Notes: generated by a model not told the origin, from the sequence alone. Positions 11,407 to 24,719 are shown, counted from the stretch's first letter. The stretch is DNA of 62,344 nucleotides from Polysphondylium violaceum (GCA_000277445.1 AJWJ01000015.1:37669-100012), one strand, 5' to 3'. Program-made: numbers and translations.

Positions 11407-14301
11407 ATGAGTCACCCTAATCCATCTATAGGAGGTGGTGTTGGTAGTATTGGTAGCAGCACTAATAGCAGTAGTAGTAACAATAACAATGATGACGATA
11501 AAACTCAAGTTATAAATTACACACCAGAGATATCAACCATTAGTAAAAGAGCATCGGTTATACCCAAAATGACAATCAGTAAATCACTGGATGATCCAGT
11601 TGCACCAAGCACAGGTTCATCAAATTTTCGAAGAGCATCAACTCCACATTATCATAGATCAGGAGCAGATGCAGATAGTAAATCATCACCACCATCAACA
11701 ACAACAACTACTACAACCACCACCACAACAACAGTGAAAACAATTATTCCAGAAACTGTACAAGAGGAAAAGGACAATGAATCAAAGGGCTCTGAAATAA
11801 TAGAATCAGCAGCAATAGTAACAAAAGAAACAATAACAACGACAGAACCACCATTTACAACAATAGAGGCATTACAACAGGATTTAGAAGAACCTTTTGA
11901 AGAGAAACCATCAATTGATGAAATTACAGAGAATATCAACAAATTTATTTCGTCTACACTAAACAATAAGAATTATATCCATAGCAATAGTAATTATGAT
12001 GACGATCATAAAGGACCATTTGTACCATCAGTTCCCATATCTACATCATCACCATCAACTGCATTAATAACTATACCAGAAGCCACAATACTTACAAAAC
12101 CAACTGTATTTGCAACCACATCAACAATTCCAGCTACATCATCATCATCATCATCATCAACAACAATATCACCAACATCAACATTAACATCAACAACCAC
12201 AGCTTCTTCATCAACAACATTCATCAAACAAGAGAAAATAGAAAATAATAATAATAATAATAATACTGATATAAAGATGGATGATGTCGTTGTTGATAGT
12301 AACAATAACAATAGTAGTAATAATAATGGTAATGAAGAATTGATTAAAATAGAAAAGCAGAGGGATGAGCAATTGGCTTTAATTTCACAATTAGAAGAAC
12401 AAATTGAAAATTTATCACAAACAAATCTAGATCAATCATATGAAAATTCAATTTTGGCTTTGGAATTAATATCTAAAAAATATGACAATGAAAAGTTACA
12501 AACCGAAAATGGTAATGTTGAATCATTTACTATTATTGTTATTTAGTATAAATATTAATGTATATATTATAGTAATTTTAAAGTTTGATATTCAAGATCT
12601 CCAGGATAAAGTAGTTTTACATGAAGAGGATCTTCTGAATAAAATAGATGCATATTATCAAGACAACAATAAAAGACTCTTGAATGCTTATAAAGAGACC
12701 ACCGAAATCCATAATAATATAGTTCAGGTAAGATTGATTGTATTATTCAATATTAGATATAATTGATTGATTGCTAATTATTATTATTAATTATAGGGAT
12801 TGGAATTAAATTTACGAAAAGAAGTTAAACAAAATGAAGTCAAAACTAATGAATTGAATCAAGAGATTGAAATATTAAAAGAGACAAAAGCAAATGCAGA
12901 GTCACAAGTGATAGAGGTCAAACAAAAATATAAACAACAACAAGAAGAGATTAAACAGAGACTAAAGACTGTCCAAGAGGAAAATATATCACTCAAATTA
13001 AAAGATGGCACATCTACAAGTCTGGGACATGTACAAGAAGAACTGTTTGAACAATTAAAGGTGGATGCTAAATTTATTGTCGACAAGAATAAAGAGTTGA
13101 AAACTACAATCAAGACAATGAGATCTCAACACAAACAAGATATAGATACTATTAAAAAAGCACATTTGGCTGAAATTAGGGCTTTGAAAGAAGAGATGGC
13201 AAATTATACCAAGGTTTATGAACAGGAAAAGAGATCAAAGGAAAAGCTTTCAGATCAAGTTATGCAAGACAGACTTAGATTAGAGGTAGAGTTGACTGAA
13301 CATAAAGGAAAGATTGATTTACTTCATTTGGAATTAAAAGTTCAAAAAGATAAAGTAAAGGATTTAGAGAAACAATTGATATCAACAAAAACAGCAAATC
13401 CTGTTATTATTTCAGCAAAGCCAGCAGTATCATCGTCATTGTCATCTTATCCCTCCTATCAACCTATAGTACCTTTGTCACCTTCTAAAAGCAAAGCGCA
13501 ACCAATAAAAAGAGTATATCAACCAGAACCCGAACCAGAGCCAGTGCCAGAGCACCCAATGGTTGAAGAGCATGTAAAAGAAAAGCCTAGAAGAGGAAGA
13601 CCAGTTAAAAAGAAAGAAGACATACCAGAACCAGAACCAGAACCAGAGCCCGAACCAGAACCAGAGCCAGAGCCAACAAAGACAAGGGCATCTCGTTTAA
13701 AAAAAATGAAAGAACCAATTCCAGAACCAGAGCCAGAACCAGAAGAACCAGAGTCAGAGCCAGAAGAGCCAACCAAAACAAAAAGAATATCTCGCAGAAA
13801 AGCCAAAGAGCCAGAACCAGAACCAGAGCCAGAACCAGAAGAGCCAGAAGAACCAGAAGAGATAGAACAACCAACTAAAACAGTAGCCAAAAGAGTATCT
13901 CGCAGAAAAGTCAAAGAACCAGAGCCAGAGCCAGAGCCAGAGACATCAATAAAGACAACTGCTAAAAGAAAACCACGTTCAAAACATGTCGAAGCAGAGC
14001 AAGAAGAAGAGGAGCAAGATGATTATAAAGGTAAAAAGAGTGAACCTGCATTGAAAAAATCCAAACTCGATACCTTTTTAACACAAAGTACACCAGGTAA
14101 GCTTATTATTATTATTATTAATTATACTCAATACTGAATTACTAATAAATATTTTTTATAGCTAAAAATAATCAATTTGATATGAGTTCCTACAAGGTTC
14201 CTGACAGAGGTACAACCAAGGCATTTATTCAAACCTTTATGGGCAGAGGTTTACCAATTCCAAGTTTTTCCAGTATGAACATGCCCAATGCCAAGAAATA
14301 A
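11407..14301 (+). CDS. Ser/Thr-rich, coiled-coil, PEPEPE-repeat protein with an AT-hook; 4 exons (11407-12511, 12573-12727, 12797-14096, 14162-14301)
   Basis: N-terminal poly-T/poly-S low complexity. The central region is heptad-rich (QLEEQIENLSQ..., EIEILKETKANAESQVIEVKQKYKQQQEEIKQ...). The C-terminal part has (PE)n runs separated by basic units (KTRASRLKKMKEP / KTKRISRRKAKEP / KRVSRRKVKEP) plus KPRRGRPVKKKED (AT-hook GRP). Exon joins were worked out by frame-consistent GTAATG/GTAAGA/GTAAGC donors and AG acceptors. Confidence 0.6.
13520..13935. repeat. Coding microsatellite-like array (GAACCAGAACCAGAGCCA)n encoding (PE)n
   Basis: Visible tandem hexamer repeats CCAGAA/CCAGAG; these explain the antisense GS-rich pseudo-ORFs on the minus strand. 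Confidence 0.8.
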
Positions 14302-14456
14302 ATTATTATCACACACCAATAATAATATTATTAATGTGTAAAGTTGTAAATATAAAATAGGTATTTGTGGGGTATAATTTTAATTATTATATTTCAATAA
14401 TGGGATACTCTGTTAGAGGTGATATATTTTAAATCTATTGTTTTTTTATTTTATTT

Positions 14457-15022
14457 TTAAATAGCTCTTTCTTCAAAGGTGGATGTTGTGGTTTTTGTAG
14501 CAGTATTTAAAGTTGGATCAATGGTTGTTGTGGTTTCTTTGGTGTGAGTGGTTTCAACAGTGTTGGCATTATGATGTGTTTTTAATTTATCTGGAACTTT
14601 TTCATTGAGAGACTCAAGTTTTTCTTTGGATACTTGGTAGCCTTCATTCATTTTCTCTTTGGAATAATCCCAACCTTCACCTAATTTCTCTTTGGTGACA
14701 TGACCGACCTCTTGAAGACCGTCCCAGGTTCTATTTAAATATTCTTTACTAAGATTACCCATTTCTTTGGCTTTACCTACTAATTGATCAAAAAATCCAT
14801 GTTCGGCTATTGTGTGATTTTACAATATTATTAAAAGTAGAAGTATTAGAATAAATTTGTCTTAATAGAAATAGATTTATCTCTTATGGAAATGGAAAAA
14901 ATGTTATATTTACTTTTTGGGGCGGTCACCACAGTGGGAGCGCCTGGAGCAACTGGGGCAACTGGAGCAACTGCTGGAACAGTGGTGGTAGTTTCGGTTG
15001 TAGTTGTTTTAATTGTTTCCAT
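14457..15022 (-). CDS. Small LEA-like repeat protein, paralog of the downstream CQHWT-repeat gene; 2 exons (15022-14914, 14806-14457)
   Basis: Exon 1 is METIKTTTTETTTTVPAVAPVAPVAPGAPTVVTAPK, followed by a phase-1 GTAAAT donor. The acceptor cacaatag then gives TEHGFFDQLVGKAKEMGNLSKEYLNRTWDGLQEVGHVTKEKLGEGWDYSKEKMNEGYQVSKEKLESLNEK.. with 11-mer K/E repeats. It shares the 'KEMG...KEKLGE' block with the neighbouring gene. An internal MGNLSK is in frame. Confidence 0.5.
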
Positions 15023-15628
15023 TTTGTATCTGTATATTAATTTATTAATGGTAATTATTGTTTCAGTGGAATAGAGTTTTTATATCCTGTTGAGAACAGT
15101 AAAAGTACAAATTAGTACATTTTTTTTTCCATTTATGTAATTTTTTTTTTTTTTTGAATTTTTTCATTTTTTTTGAAAACATTTCAACCAATTTGGAAGA
15201 TCTAATAATTACATTTATGAAAAATATTATTCGTCACAATAACAATAATAATAACCAAAATTCATCAATTTTTGGTGATTAGTAAAATAATCAGAGATTT
15301 AAGTAAATCTTTATCATTAGATACAGATAATATTTTATCTATATTATTGAAAGTCTTGTGAATAAATTGTTGTATGAATTTTGGTTATACATTGAGAAAT
15401 ATTTTAATTCACATAATTAAACAAGATCTTTTAATTTATTTTTATTCTGAAGATTGGAAAAAAACAATGAATTTCTTATCTTAATTTTAAAATAATATTA
15501 TTGAGTAGGACAAAATCGAAAAGAAATCAAAATAAAATACAATAAATGATTAAGGTGGGGAAAAATTAAAACTTTATATCTATATTTATTAAAATTAAAT
15601 GAAAATTATATACAATTAAACATTTAGT

Positions 15629-16978
15629 TTAGTTTTTCTTGGGTCTACCTCTACCTCTTGAAGCTTTCTTTTCAACTTCATCAGCGGCGTTATTTAAAGC
15701 TTTTTTGGCATCATCTGTGGTGTCTTTGATGGCATCAGCTGCTTTATCAATTCCAGTTTTGGCATTGTCGGCTGCATCTTTACAACCTTTACAGATAGCA
15801 TCCTTTGATTCAGCAGTCCAATGTTGACATTTTTCCATACCATCTTGAGTGGCGTGTCTGATGGTTTCTGCCATATTTTCACCCTTATCTTTGGCGTCAG
15901 CAGCTAAGGAGTCAGCTTTCTTTTTTGCGTCAGTGGCCATTTCTCCCATTTTATCTTTGGCTTCAGCAGCTTTCTTGGAGGCATCCTTGTTTAATTCAGC
16001 AGCTTTATCTTTGGCATCAGTGGCCATATGGTCCATTTTATCTTTGGCATCACCGGCCATTTTCTTGGCGTCTTTGTTTAATTCAGCGGCTTTATCTTTG
16101 GCATCAGTGGCCATATGATCCATTTTATCCTTGGCATCACCTGCCATATGGTCCATTTTATCCTTGGCGTCGCCGGCCATTTTCTTGGCGTCCTTGTTTA
16201 ATTCGGCGCATTTATTACAGATGGCATCCTTTTGTTCAGCAGTCCAATGTTGGCATTTTTCAACGGCATTTTCAGTGTTTTTCTTGGCATCTTGGAGCAT
16301 GGCTTCATTCTTATCTTTAGCATGAGTGGCCATGTTTTTGGCAGATTCAGCAAGATCAGCGCATTTATTACAAATGGCATCCTTTGATTCAACAGTCCAA
16401 TGTTGACATTTTTCAATGGCATTGGAGGTGGCATCTTGGGTGTTGTGGAGTAACTCTTTAGATTTTTCTACCATATTATTGGTGGCTTCACCAAGTTTTT
16501 CCATTGTGGCAGCACCCATTTCTTTGGTTTTGTCAAGGACTGGTTGTAAAGAAGAGGTAACATAAGTGATACCACTATTGATAGCATTCTTTGTAGAGTC
16601 AATGGCAGTTTGGGTACCTTCAGCAAGGGATTCAACCATACCTTGGGCTTCAACTTTAGCTTTCTTGGCATCTAATTCTACTTTTTCATTAGCATTTCTT
16701 TTTCCTTTTTATTATTATTATTATAGACAGAGAAAGTGAAGAGTGGAGAGAAAAAAAATGTTAGATCTTTATCGAAAATCCTAAAAAAAATAATATTCTT
16801 TTTTAAAAGAGTACTTTATTATTTAATTAAAAGGATGGAGATAAAAGATCATAATCATATTTTAAGGAAAATGTAAAGGATAGAGATTTATAGTAGTAGT
16901 GAAACACTTACCAAATTCATTTAAATTTGAAGAAACGGAAGTAGTTGATTGTTTATCACCTGGATGAATTGAAGACAT
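15629..16978 (-). CDS. LEA-like repeat protein with four C-Q-H-W-T...C-x2-C modules and a C-terminal AT-hook; 2 exons (16978-16912, 16704-15629)
   Basis: Exon 1 is MSSIHPGDKQSTTSVSSNLNEF followed by a GTAAGT donor. The acceptor aaaaag rejoins GKRNANEKVELDAKKAKVEAQGMVESLAEG... Four EKCQHWT(A/V)E(S/Q)KDAICxKC modules, tandem 11-mers (AGDAKDKMDHM / ATDAKDKAAEL), and it ends RGRGRPKKN. Confidence 0.65.
15900..16300. repeat. Imperfect tandem direct repeats (about 33-99 bp units) inside the LEA-like CDS
   Basis: Repeated DNA blocks ggcatcaccggccat(a/t)ttcttggcgtc(c/t)ttgtttaattc(a/g)gc... and ggccatatg(g/a)tccattttatc(t/c)ttggc recur several times; they encode the DAKDKMDHM 11-mers. Confidence 0.7.
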
Positions 16979-17611
16979 TTTGATATTATATATGTATGTA
17001 TTTTACTTTTGAAAGTATTTGTAAAAAGTTAATTATAGTTTTTTAAAATTAGATTTATAATTGTTGTTGTTGTTGTTTGAATTGAATAATGAAAATAAAA
17101 AAAAAAAAGAACTACTTAAATAGAAATTGTTCAACACGAAAAAATAATAAAACAAGAATTACTATAAAAAGTATATTAGATGAAAATCCTCTATTCATAG
17201 TAAAATTTGGTCTATGTTTGAAATCACATTGTTATCATAACAATAGTAGACATACTATTTCTGAAAAAGGAAAAATGTAAAAATTTTTGCATTTCATTTT
17301 TTTCATAATTTTTTTTTTATTTGAAAAGTGGGGGTAAATCTGCTTTTTTTTTTTATATTGCACAGATTTTCATTTGAAAAAGATACATACATATACACAC
17401 ATCATCAAAAAGTAATTAATTTAATTTAAAATTTAATTTCACATATGGTATCATTTTAAAAGAATATTTTATTACGTAAACATGATCAATTGTTTGAAAA
17501 TGATAACAAAATGAATTTATCTTGCCCGATTGATTAAGATTTATTTCGTGAGAGTGTAGCGGCATTAAGATTAATAATAATCTTGACAATTAATAATAGT
17601 GTTGGGAATAA

Positions 17612-18916
17612 AAATTATCGATTAAATCTTTCAGAGAAGGGGATAAGGGTTTCAGGAATGGAAGAGTAGGGCACCACGTTGAGGGTGGCACATACTCTGG
17701 GATGAGTGGGGAGATATTGAATGCACTCCATATTGGCTGGACAGGGATTGTTGAGTTCACATGAAGTGAATTCACATCTGTTAGTGGTGGTATTACAAAA
17801 TTGTTGAAATAGACATGCGTCTCCATCACATTCAATACCACCTCCATTTGAAAACGGATGCCATTCAATGCATAGCCCACCCCAACCAAATGTATCACAT
17901 CTCCAGTCAACGGGACAAAGGCTGCAATTGAATTGTGTGCCAAGTAAATCTATGTTCACTGGAACACAATCTGCATTTGAGAATACTCCTTTTTGACATT
18001 CAAATGTATCTGGACATACTTTGGTTTCACAAGTTAATGCTGGATCATCTATAAGAGAGAGAAGATTAATAATTACAAATACATATTATATTGTGAATAT
18101 AAAAATAAACTGTACCTAAAAAATCTATTGTTTTAAAGCAAGATACTACACCAACCCCAACAAGTTCTTGACATTCTGTCCCTTGGGAACAATTTAAATA
18201 TTTACATGATAATGGTAGACATGTTTGTGTTTCTGCTATATATCTACATATATGACCTTCAGGACAAGGTAAACTACAAAACTTTTCACCATTAAGTTCT
18301 AAATGTTTTGTTATACTATCTAAATATAAATATATTGTTAGTAATAATATCAAAAGACTAGTAGATTATTTAATCATAAATACCATCTTCTACACAAACA
18401 GGTTGTGGAGGACAACAAGGTGATTTTGAATCACAGTCTGTTCTACCTATTAATTTACATGCTAATCCCTTTGCTTCACATCCTATACTTTCACATGTAG
18501 CTATTTATAATCATTAATTAATAATTGTTATTTTTGCTATCTACTAATCTTATCTATTTATACATACCATTTGGTATCGGAAATACATCATAGCCTACAT
18601 AATTTGGGAATTCAGTGTTTAGTTCATAAGTGATTTCAGTTTGGGGATCAATAGCACATGCTACTGGTGTCGCTGATTTTTCATTTGTAGTATAAGTTAT
18701 ATAGGTTTCTATATCAACACATAATCCTACGCCACCGGGACAACAGGATTTTAAAATAAGTGGTGTACAATTGGGATATGAAGCAGAGCACACATTATAA
18801 TCTAAAGTTTCACATTTATATAATGCATCGACTATTACTCTATCAGGACCAACACAGCAATAGTATACCAAAACCAATAAAAACCAATTACTTGCTAATC
18901 GTTTCATCTTGATCAT
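17612..18916 (-). CDS. Secreted cysteine-rich (EGF-like / knottin-like) protein; about 5 exons
   Basis: Signal peptide MIKMKRLASNWFLLVLVYYCCVG. Successive Cys-rich exons (..CKYLNCSQGTECQEL.., ..CPVDWRCDTFGWGGLCIEWHPFSNGGGIECDGDACLFQQFCNTTTNRCEFTSCELNNPCPANMECIQ..). Minus-strand donors are visible as ATACATAC / CTGTACC on the plus strand. Confidence 0.55.
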
Positions 18917-19438
18917 TCTTTATAAATATTGAGACAGAGTCAAGTAATAAATAAACATTTGATATTTAACATTTGATAGATATAGAAAATAATTTGTTGT
19001 AAAATCACACACCACATTACAAAATATCACCCACATTCACACTCATCCACACTACAGCAGATTTTAACAAAACAAAAAAGCACACACATACTAAACTATG
19101 ATTAAAAGTTTATAGATATATAATTATGAATTTTCAAATTCCTCTCCAGCGACACTAATAGTATTTCTCTTTGATTTCACTAAAATGTGGTAATTCAATC
19201 TTGAGACGATTGTGTCGGTGAAACAAACAATTGATTTCCTTTCAATGTATCTGATATTCTGGATTTAACCATTCATCGCCCACCACATTCTAGAATTAAA
19301 AAAGAGGTGTGGTGAAACGTGTTTGAATTATTTTTTTTTTGTTTGAAATTTCCCTGTGTGCACTACTTTTTTTTTCGTCAAATTTCATTTTTTTTTGTTA
19401 TAAGAACGATACACATTTTTAAATATTACATAGATATA

Positions 19439-20839
19439 ATGAATAAAGCTTTTGGGCTACCTTTACATTTTAACAAGTCATCTCTCTCTATTAAATACAA
19501 TCCATCAACATTATTTACATCTTCACTATACAACCCTCTCTTATCTGCTGGTAAACAGCAACAACCGGTGTTAAATAGAGATGTAGTACACAATTTAAAT
19601 AAAACTAAATACTCACTGATATTTCTTCATGGACTATTTGGCTCGTCAGAGAATTGGAGATTAAGTAATAAATTGTTGCTTGATAAATTTAATAAACATC
19701 AACAACTAGACAACAGCAGTATTGGTAATGCTTATCAGCATAATGACAATAATACATTAGATATTGATGTATGTGCAAAGACATTATCATAGAGATAAAG
19801 GTTATTGTATATTATTTACTAATACTACTATGACAATATTAGCTTTATTCATTAGATTTAAGAAATCATGGAGGCTCACCACATTCAAATGAAATGACAT
19901 TTGATAATATCAATGATGATCTATCCCTATTTATTCATTCAAATATTTATAATCAAAGCAATAGTAGTAGTGATATTGATCATAAAATAGTATTGGTGGG
20001 TCATAGCATGGGTGGAAAATCATCTATGCTCTATTCATTATTTAATCCAACCTATGTGGATGGATTAGTTTGTGTTGATGGTAATGTATTGTAGCTAAAA
20101 AAAGGCAATTGTACATCTGTTCTAATATGAAACATTACATTATGTATACTCTTATTTATTCTATAGTTGCACCATCAAATTATGTTGGTATTCATAATCA
20201 TGATTCAAAGTTTCTTTCAATGTTTGAGGCATCGAAATACTTTGCACAACACGATATCGATAAAAAGAAAATTGAAGATATCATGGAGTCATTCAATCTA
20301 GATAAAGGTGAAAGATTATATTTATTAAATAATTTAGTCGAGAATAACAACAACAATAGTCTTGATAAATATTCATGGAAATTAAATGTACAGGTAAGTG
20401 TTCATCTACTATGACTACAACGAGATAAAGTTATATATATTAACGTGATTATTATTATCAATACTAGACTTTATATGAATATCAAAATGATATGTTGTCA
20501 TTTCCAAATGATATAGTCAATAGAGTAGAACCATTCCACAAAAAAGTATTATTTATTGGTGGAGGAGATAGTCACTACCTCTTACCAAAGTATAGAGGAA
20601 ACATTCAATATTTATTTCCAAACAATGAAATTCATTTCATAGCAGGCACTGGCCATTTCGCACACGCTCAAAAACCAAAAACCTTTGTTGAATATTTATA
20701 TAGATATCTTTTTGATCTTATAACTAATAATAATAATCATATTGGTATTCAAAATAGTAATAATAATCACATAAATTTAACAAATATTGATTTATCTTTA
20801 ATGAATAATAATAATAATAATAATAATAAACAAATTTAA
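19439..20839 (+). CDS. Alpha/beta-hydrolase, ABHD11-like; 4 exons (~19439-19780, ~19870-20088, ~20161-20394, ~20469-20839)
   Basis: FLHGLFGSSENW (oxyanion region), LRNHGGSPHS, nucleophile elbow VLVGHSMGG, C-terminal IAGTGHFAHAQKPKTFVEYL. Order and spacing of motifs match ABHD11. C-terminal poly-N tail. Confidence 0.8.
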
Positions 20840-21222
20840 ATGGTACAATAGTGTTTGCTGTTTGTAACTTTTGCCATCGCATAACTCGAGTGGTGTTTTA
20901 AAATAGGAGAGTTATTATCTTGAGGAAGCACCAAAATATCACAGTGTTAAAGATAGAATTTTTGATTGAGATTTTCAAAGAATTATATCTACTAAAAACG
21001 CCATTTCATTCAAAAAAATGTGGTATGATGATAAATAATTGAATATCTCTTCTTGAGCAAAATAGTGTGCTTGATCAAGAGGAAATATTAAATTGATCAC
21101 TTTCAGTAACAAACATAGAAATGAAGAAAAAAAAAAGTCCGAAAAAGTTGAAGCGCGCCAAAAATTTTAAAATGAAATACTTCACATCACTTTTCAAAAT
21201 ATAGAATATGATCATCAAATAG

Positions 21223-23730
21223 ATGGATAAATATAGAATAACACCACATAAAATTACATTATGTATACTAACTGAATATTATCTTAATGGGAGAATACAT
21301 TATCATCAAAAACAATCTTTATCCCATTTATTAATCAATAACATTAAAGTATGTGTGGTGGGATGATATCGTGTCTATCTGTGTAAATAAATATTAATAC
21401 ATATAAAACAATAGAAAATAGATGATAATATAGATGAGATATCGTTGTCAACATTTATAAATACAGAGTTACAGAATATATTGTCTAGTCATTTTCTAAA
21501 CAATGAGTTTTTAGAGATGCTCTCTTTTGAGAGTGTAGATGATTTGTTTAGCTTTATAACATCGTTAAAGGATTTATTCCATAGTAGCAGTAGTAACGAA
21601 AACAATGGGAATAATACACAGCAGCAACAACAACAACAGCATCTATTGGATCCAAGGAGTATACTGGGTATGTTTGTTAAAAAGATTATATTAAACTTTA
21701 GTCAAATACTCTTTCCTGGCCTAGGTAAACTATATGATCAAATGGCATTTTATGTAAATCAGTTTTATCGTGATACTGGTCGATTAAGAGATGAATATGA
21801 TGACGACGAGGATGAAGAATATGAAGAGGATGAAGAAGAAGAAGAAGAAGAAGAAGAACAAGAAGAAATTGTCCCTAATAAAGTAGGTTTTCTTTCGCCT
21901 TTGGACGAAGAAAGATTTGTGTATGAACAGGTGATTAGATTAGAATCAAGGGTAAATAAAGAGCATCCAGAGAGAATTGGACAAGAAATAAAGAACCTAA
22001 AGAAGCTGTTACCAAATGTAAACAGAGTGCACTATATTGCATTTCTTAATCATCTTGCTCACCACGACTATGAATACAGTTTGGAGGAGCTACACAGGTA
22101 TTTTGATTACAGTAATAGTCATTCACTCAACAATGATAAAACCAATGCAATGTTGCCCTATGCCGTCCTCAATCTAGCCCAACTAGACTACCATTACGGT
22201 CATTACGAAAACAGTTTTCTGGCACTATGCGAAGCCATACGTATTGCACAAGAGAGAAGCGATCACTCTTGTTTGGCCATTGCCGAGAATTGGTTGGGCA
22301 AGTTTTTGCAACCGAGTATAGTCAAATCCATGCAATTGTCGAGTGGCGGCAGTAGAAATGACAATGGGTTCCTTGTATCCCAAAATCACTCTGAAATCCT
22401 GACAAAGTCCATCACTCGTGCTCATAATGTCGAGATGCCAGATTTGCTTGCACTCAATCTCAATAACCTGTCTAGTCAAAGAATATTCAATAGCAACAAC
22501 AACAACAACAATAATAATAGTAGCAATAATACCATATGGACAGATATATTTCAACCCCTCCAAGATAGTTCTTTGTTGGTAACATCACAAATCAATAGTA
22601 ATATGGTCAATAGTATTAGTACCACTGCTTGGGAGCTATTGGGAAATGTTGATTTATCTAGCTACTTTACAGAGCTTGTATTAAAGTCATCGTTCAACTC
22701 AAACAATGAATTATCATTACAGAATCCCATTTCATTGGGGACAAGTATTGGTGGTAAACAGAGTCAGGCATCAACACTTTCTGATGTAACTTCACTCTGT
22801 AGAATGGCATTGCTTAAAGCTAAAAAAGATGATTTCAAAGGAGCCATAAGTACTCTACTCACCTGTCACAATATATTTAAATACCATAGATTGGTAAATA
22901 CAACGGTATCGTTTACCACCCTATTGGTATTATATGATTGTTGTTCAATGGAAATAATCAACTCTTCAAATTGGTTAATTGATTTAGTTTTATCAAGCAA
23001 TAATAACAATAATAATAACAATAATAGATCAAAAGATTATTTACTGGAAATAATAATTGAACAAATGGTATCATTAACAGATAAGTTTCAACCAGATGAT
23101 GATGGACAAGGTTGTGGATGGTTGTTTATTATCAATGTCTATGAAAAGATATCTAGATACTATATATTTGAAAAACAATGTTTTGAAAAGGCCTATCGAT
23201 TCACAACCAAAGCCATTCAAATTGCCAAAACATATGGATATCATTACTATATTGCCCATTTTCATTCATTGTTGGCCAAAGTGTTTCAACAAGTATCACC
23301 ACCATACTCTTTTGTCGGATTGTCCAACACATTGTCTAGTGTCTCTCTCTCACAACAATACAACAACCATTGGCTCATTTCTGAATCAAATTTGGATTTG
23401 ATTCAAATTCATTTGGACGCCAATCAATTTGACAAAGCCTCTCTTCTCATTCAAGACACCGAAACATTTGTTTTAAATAATTTTAAACATTGTTGTACAT
23501 TTTATTTACTAAAGTCCAAATTATTGATAAAATCAAACAGCAACAATAGCAAAGAAATTATTAAATATTTGGATCAAGCGGAAATGTATGCAAGTAAATT
23601 GGAAATTACATTGACAAATTTATATTACAAGGAAATATTTTATTTAAAGAGTTGTTTGTACAACTCTATCAACGATACAGAGAAAAGAAATGAATATGCA
23701 TTAAAATTTAAATTAATTATTAATACATAG
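21223..23730 (+). CDS. anapc5: Anaphase-promoting complex subunit 5 (APC5); 2 exons (21223-21348, 21415-23730)
   Basis: Exon 1 is MDKYRITPHKITLCILTEYYLNGRIHYHQ.. (compare human APC5 VTPYKIAVLVLLNE). Exon 2 has LPYAVLNLAQLDYHYGHYENSFLALCEAIRIAQERSDHSCLAIAENWLG (compare human LRYAALNLAALHCRFGHYQQAELALQEAIRIAQESNDHVCL). GTATGT donor at 21349, acceptor caatag at 21413-21414. Confidence 0.85.
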
Positions 23731-23987
23731 TAGTACTATTATTTAAAATAAAATCTATATCTATAAATATATCTAGATTTATTTTATGTATCTCTTTTTT
23801 TTAAAAATTAAAAAAAAAGAATTCAAGTCTCGAAGGGGAATCGCAAAGAATTCGGAGATATTTATTTTTTTAAATTTTTTCTTTTTTTTTACTTTTTTTC
23901 GGATATTGATGGAATTGTTTTAGTATGTTTCATTGTTTTGTACTTTAATCAAAAAGATATATTTATCACTTTTAACTTTGTCTAAAA

Positions 23988-24626
23988 ATGAAATCTTTAA
24001 ATATTTTAATTTTAGTAGTCTTTTCAATCACTTGCATTGCAACCACCATCAATGCACAAACTTTATATGTAAATTTTATACCACACGATAATCCCACATG
24101 CACAGGGCCACCCAGTGGAATGGGATGGATATTTGTCACAGGACCATGTATCTTTTTCCCCGACCAAGACAACTCTTATTACTTTCAAGTCAATGCATTG
24201 AGAGCAGGATGGAAGATATTCAATGAGACTGAGCCACTGTGTAAGGGAAACTTTACCTTTGGGGGCTACAAGAATGGCACATGTATTCCAAATCAAAGCT
24301 TTATCAAAGGCATCGAAACACCCTACTCTATGATCACCATTAGTGACACACCCACAAAATATGCTATTCCACCAAACTCTGTCGTCATGACTAGATATGC
24401 TTCAAAGAGCTGTGCAAAGAGAGAGTTCCAGTTTAATCTCTACACTACCAATGGCACAGTTGTCACCAACACTCTCAATGACTCTACAGAAACATTTAGT
24501 TGTCCATCCTCTGGCGAACCCACTGTAAATTATTGTCAAGAGAATGAATGTAAAACCACCGAAATCTCTGCAACCTGTGCTTCCGATATCGACGATTCTT
24601 CCTATCACTCAATATTTTGTTCTTAA
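23988..24626 (+). CDS. Small secreted Cys-containing glycoprotein (212 aa), unknown family
   Basis: Signal peptide MKSLNILILVVFSITCIATTINAQ, multiple N-x-S/T sites, 10 Cys, no TM segment. Confidence 0.5.
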   Translation: MKSLNILILVVFSITCIATTINAQTLYVNFIPHDNPTCTGPPSGMGWIFVTGPCIFFPDQDNSYYFQVNALRAGWKIFNETEPLCKGNFTFGGYKNGTCIPNQSFIKGIETPYSMITISDTPTKYAIPPNSVVMTRYASKSCAKREFQFNLYTTNGTVVTNTLNDSTETFSCPSSGEPTVNYCQENECKTTEISATCASDIDDSSYHSIFCS

Positions 24627-24719
24627 TAGTGGTAATGCTAATAATAAGAATAACCAAATAAAACTATATACATAATTTAAATAATACTACTACGACTACT
24701 TTATTAAGACATCTTTAAA

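Noticed and set aside
11652-12311. Minus-strand ORFs with poly-V/poly-D translations
   Set aside because: Antisense of the poly-T/poly-S codon repeats (ACA/ACT/TCA) in exon 1 of the 11407 gene.
13519-13914. Minus-strand ORFs translating to GSGSGS.. and LVLAL.. repeats
   Set aside because: Antisense of the (GAACCA)n PE-repeat coding array of the plus-strand gene.
15639-16434. Several plus- and alternate-frame ORFs (15639-15827, 15849-16118, 15925-16320, 16131-16325, 16198-16434)
   Set aside because: All overlap the internally repetitive LEA-like CDS on the minus strand. The repetitive DNA keeps multiple frames open.
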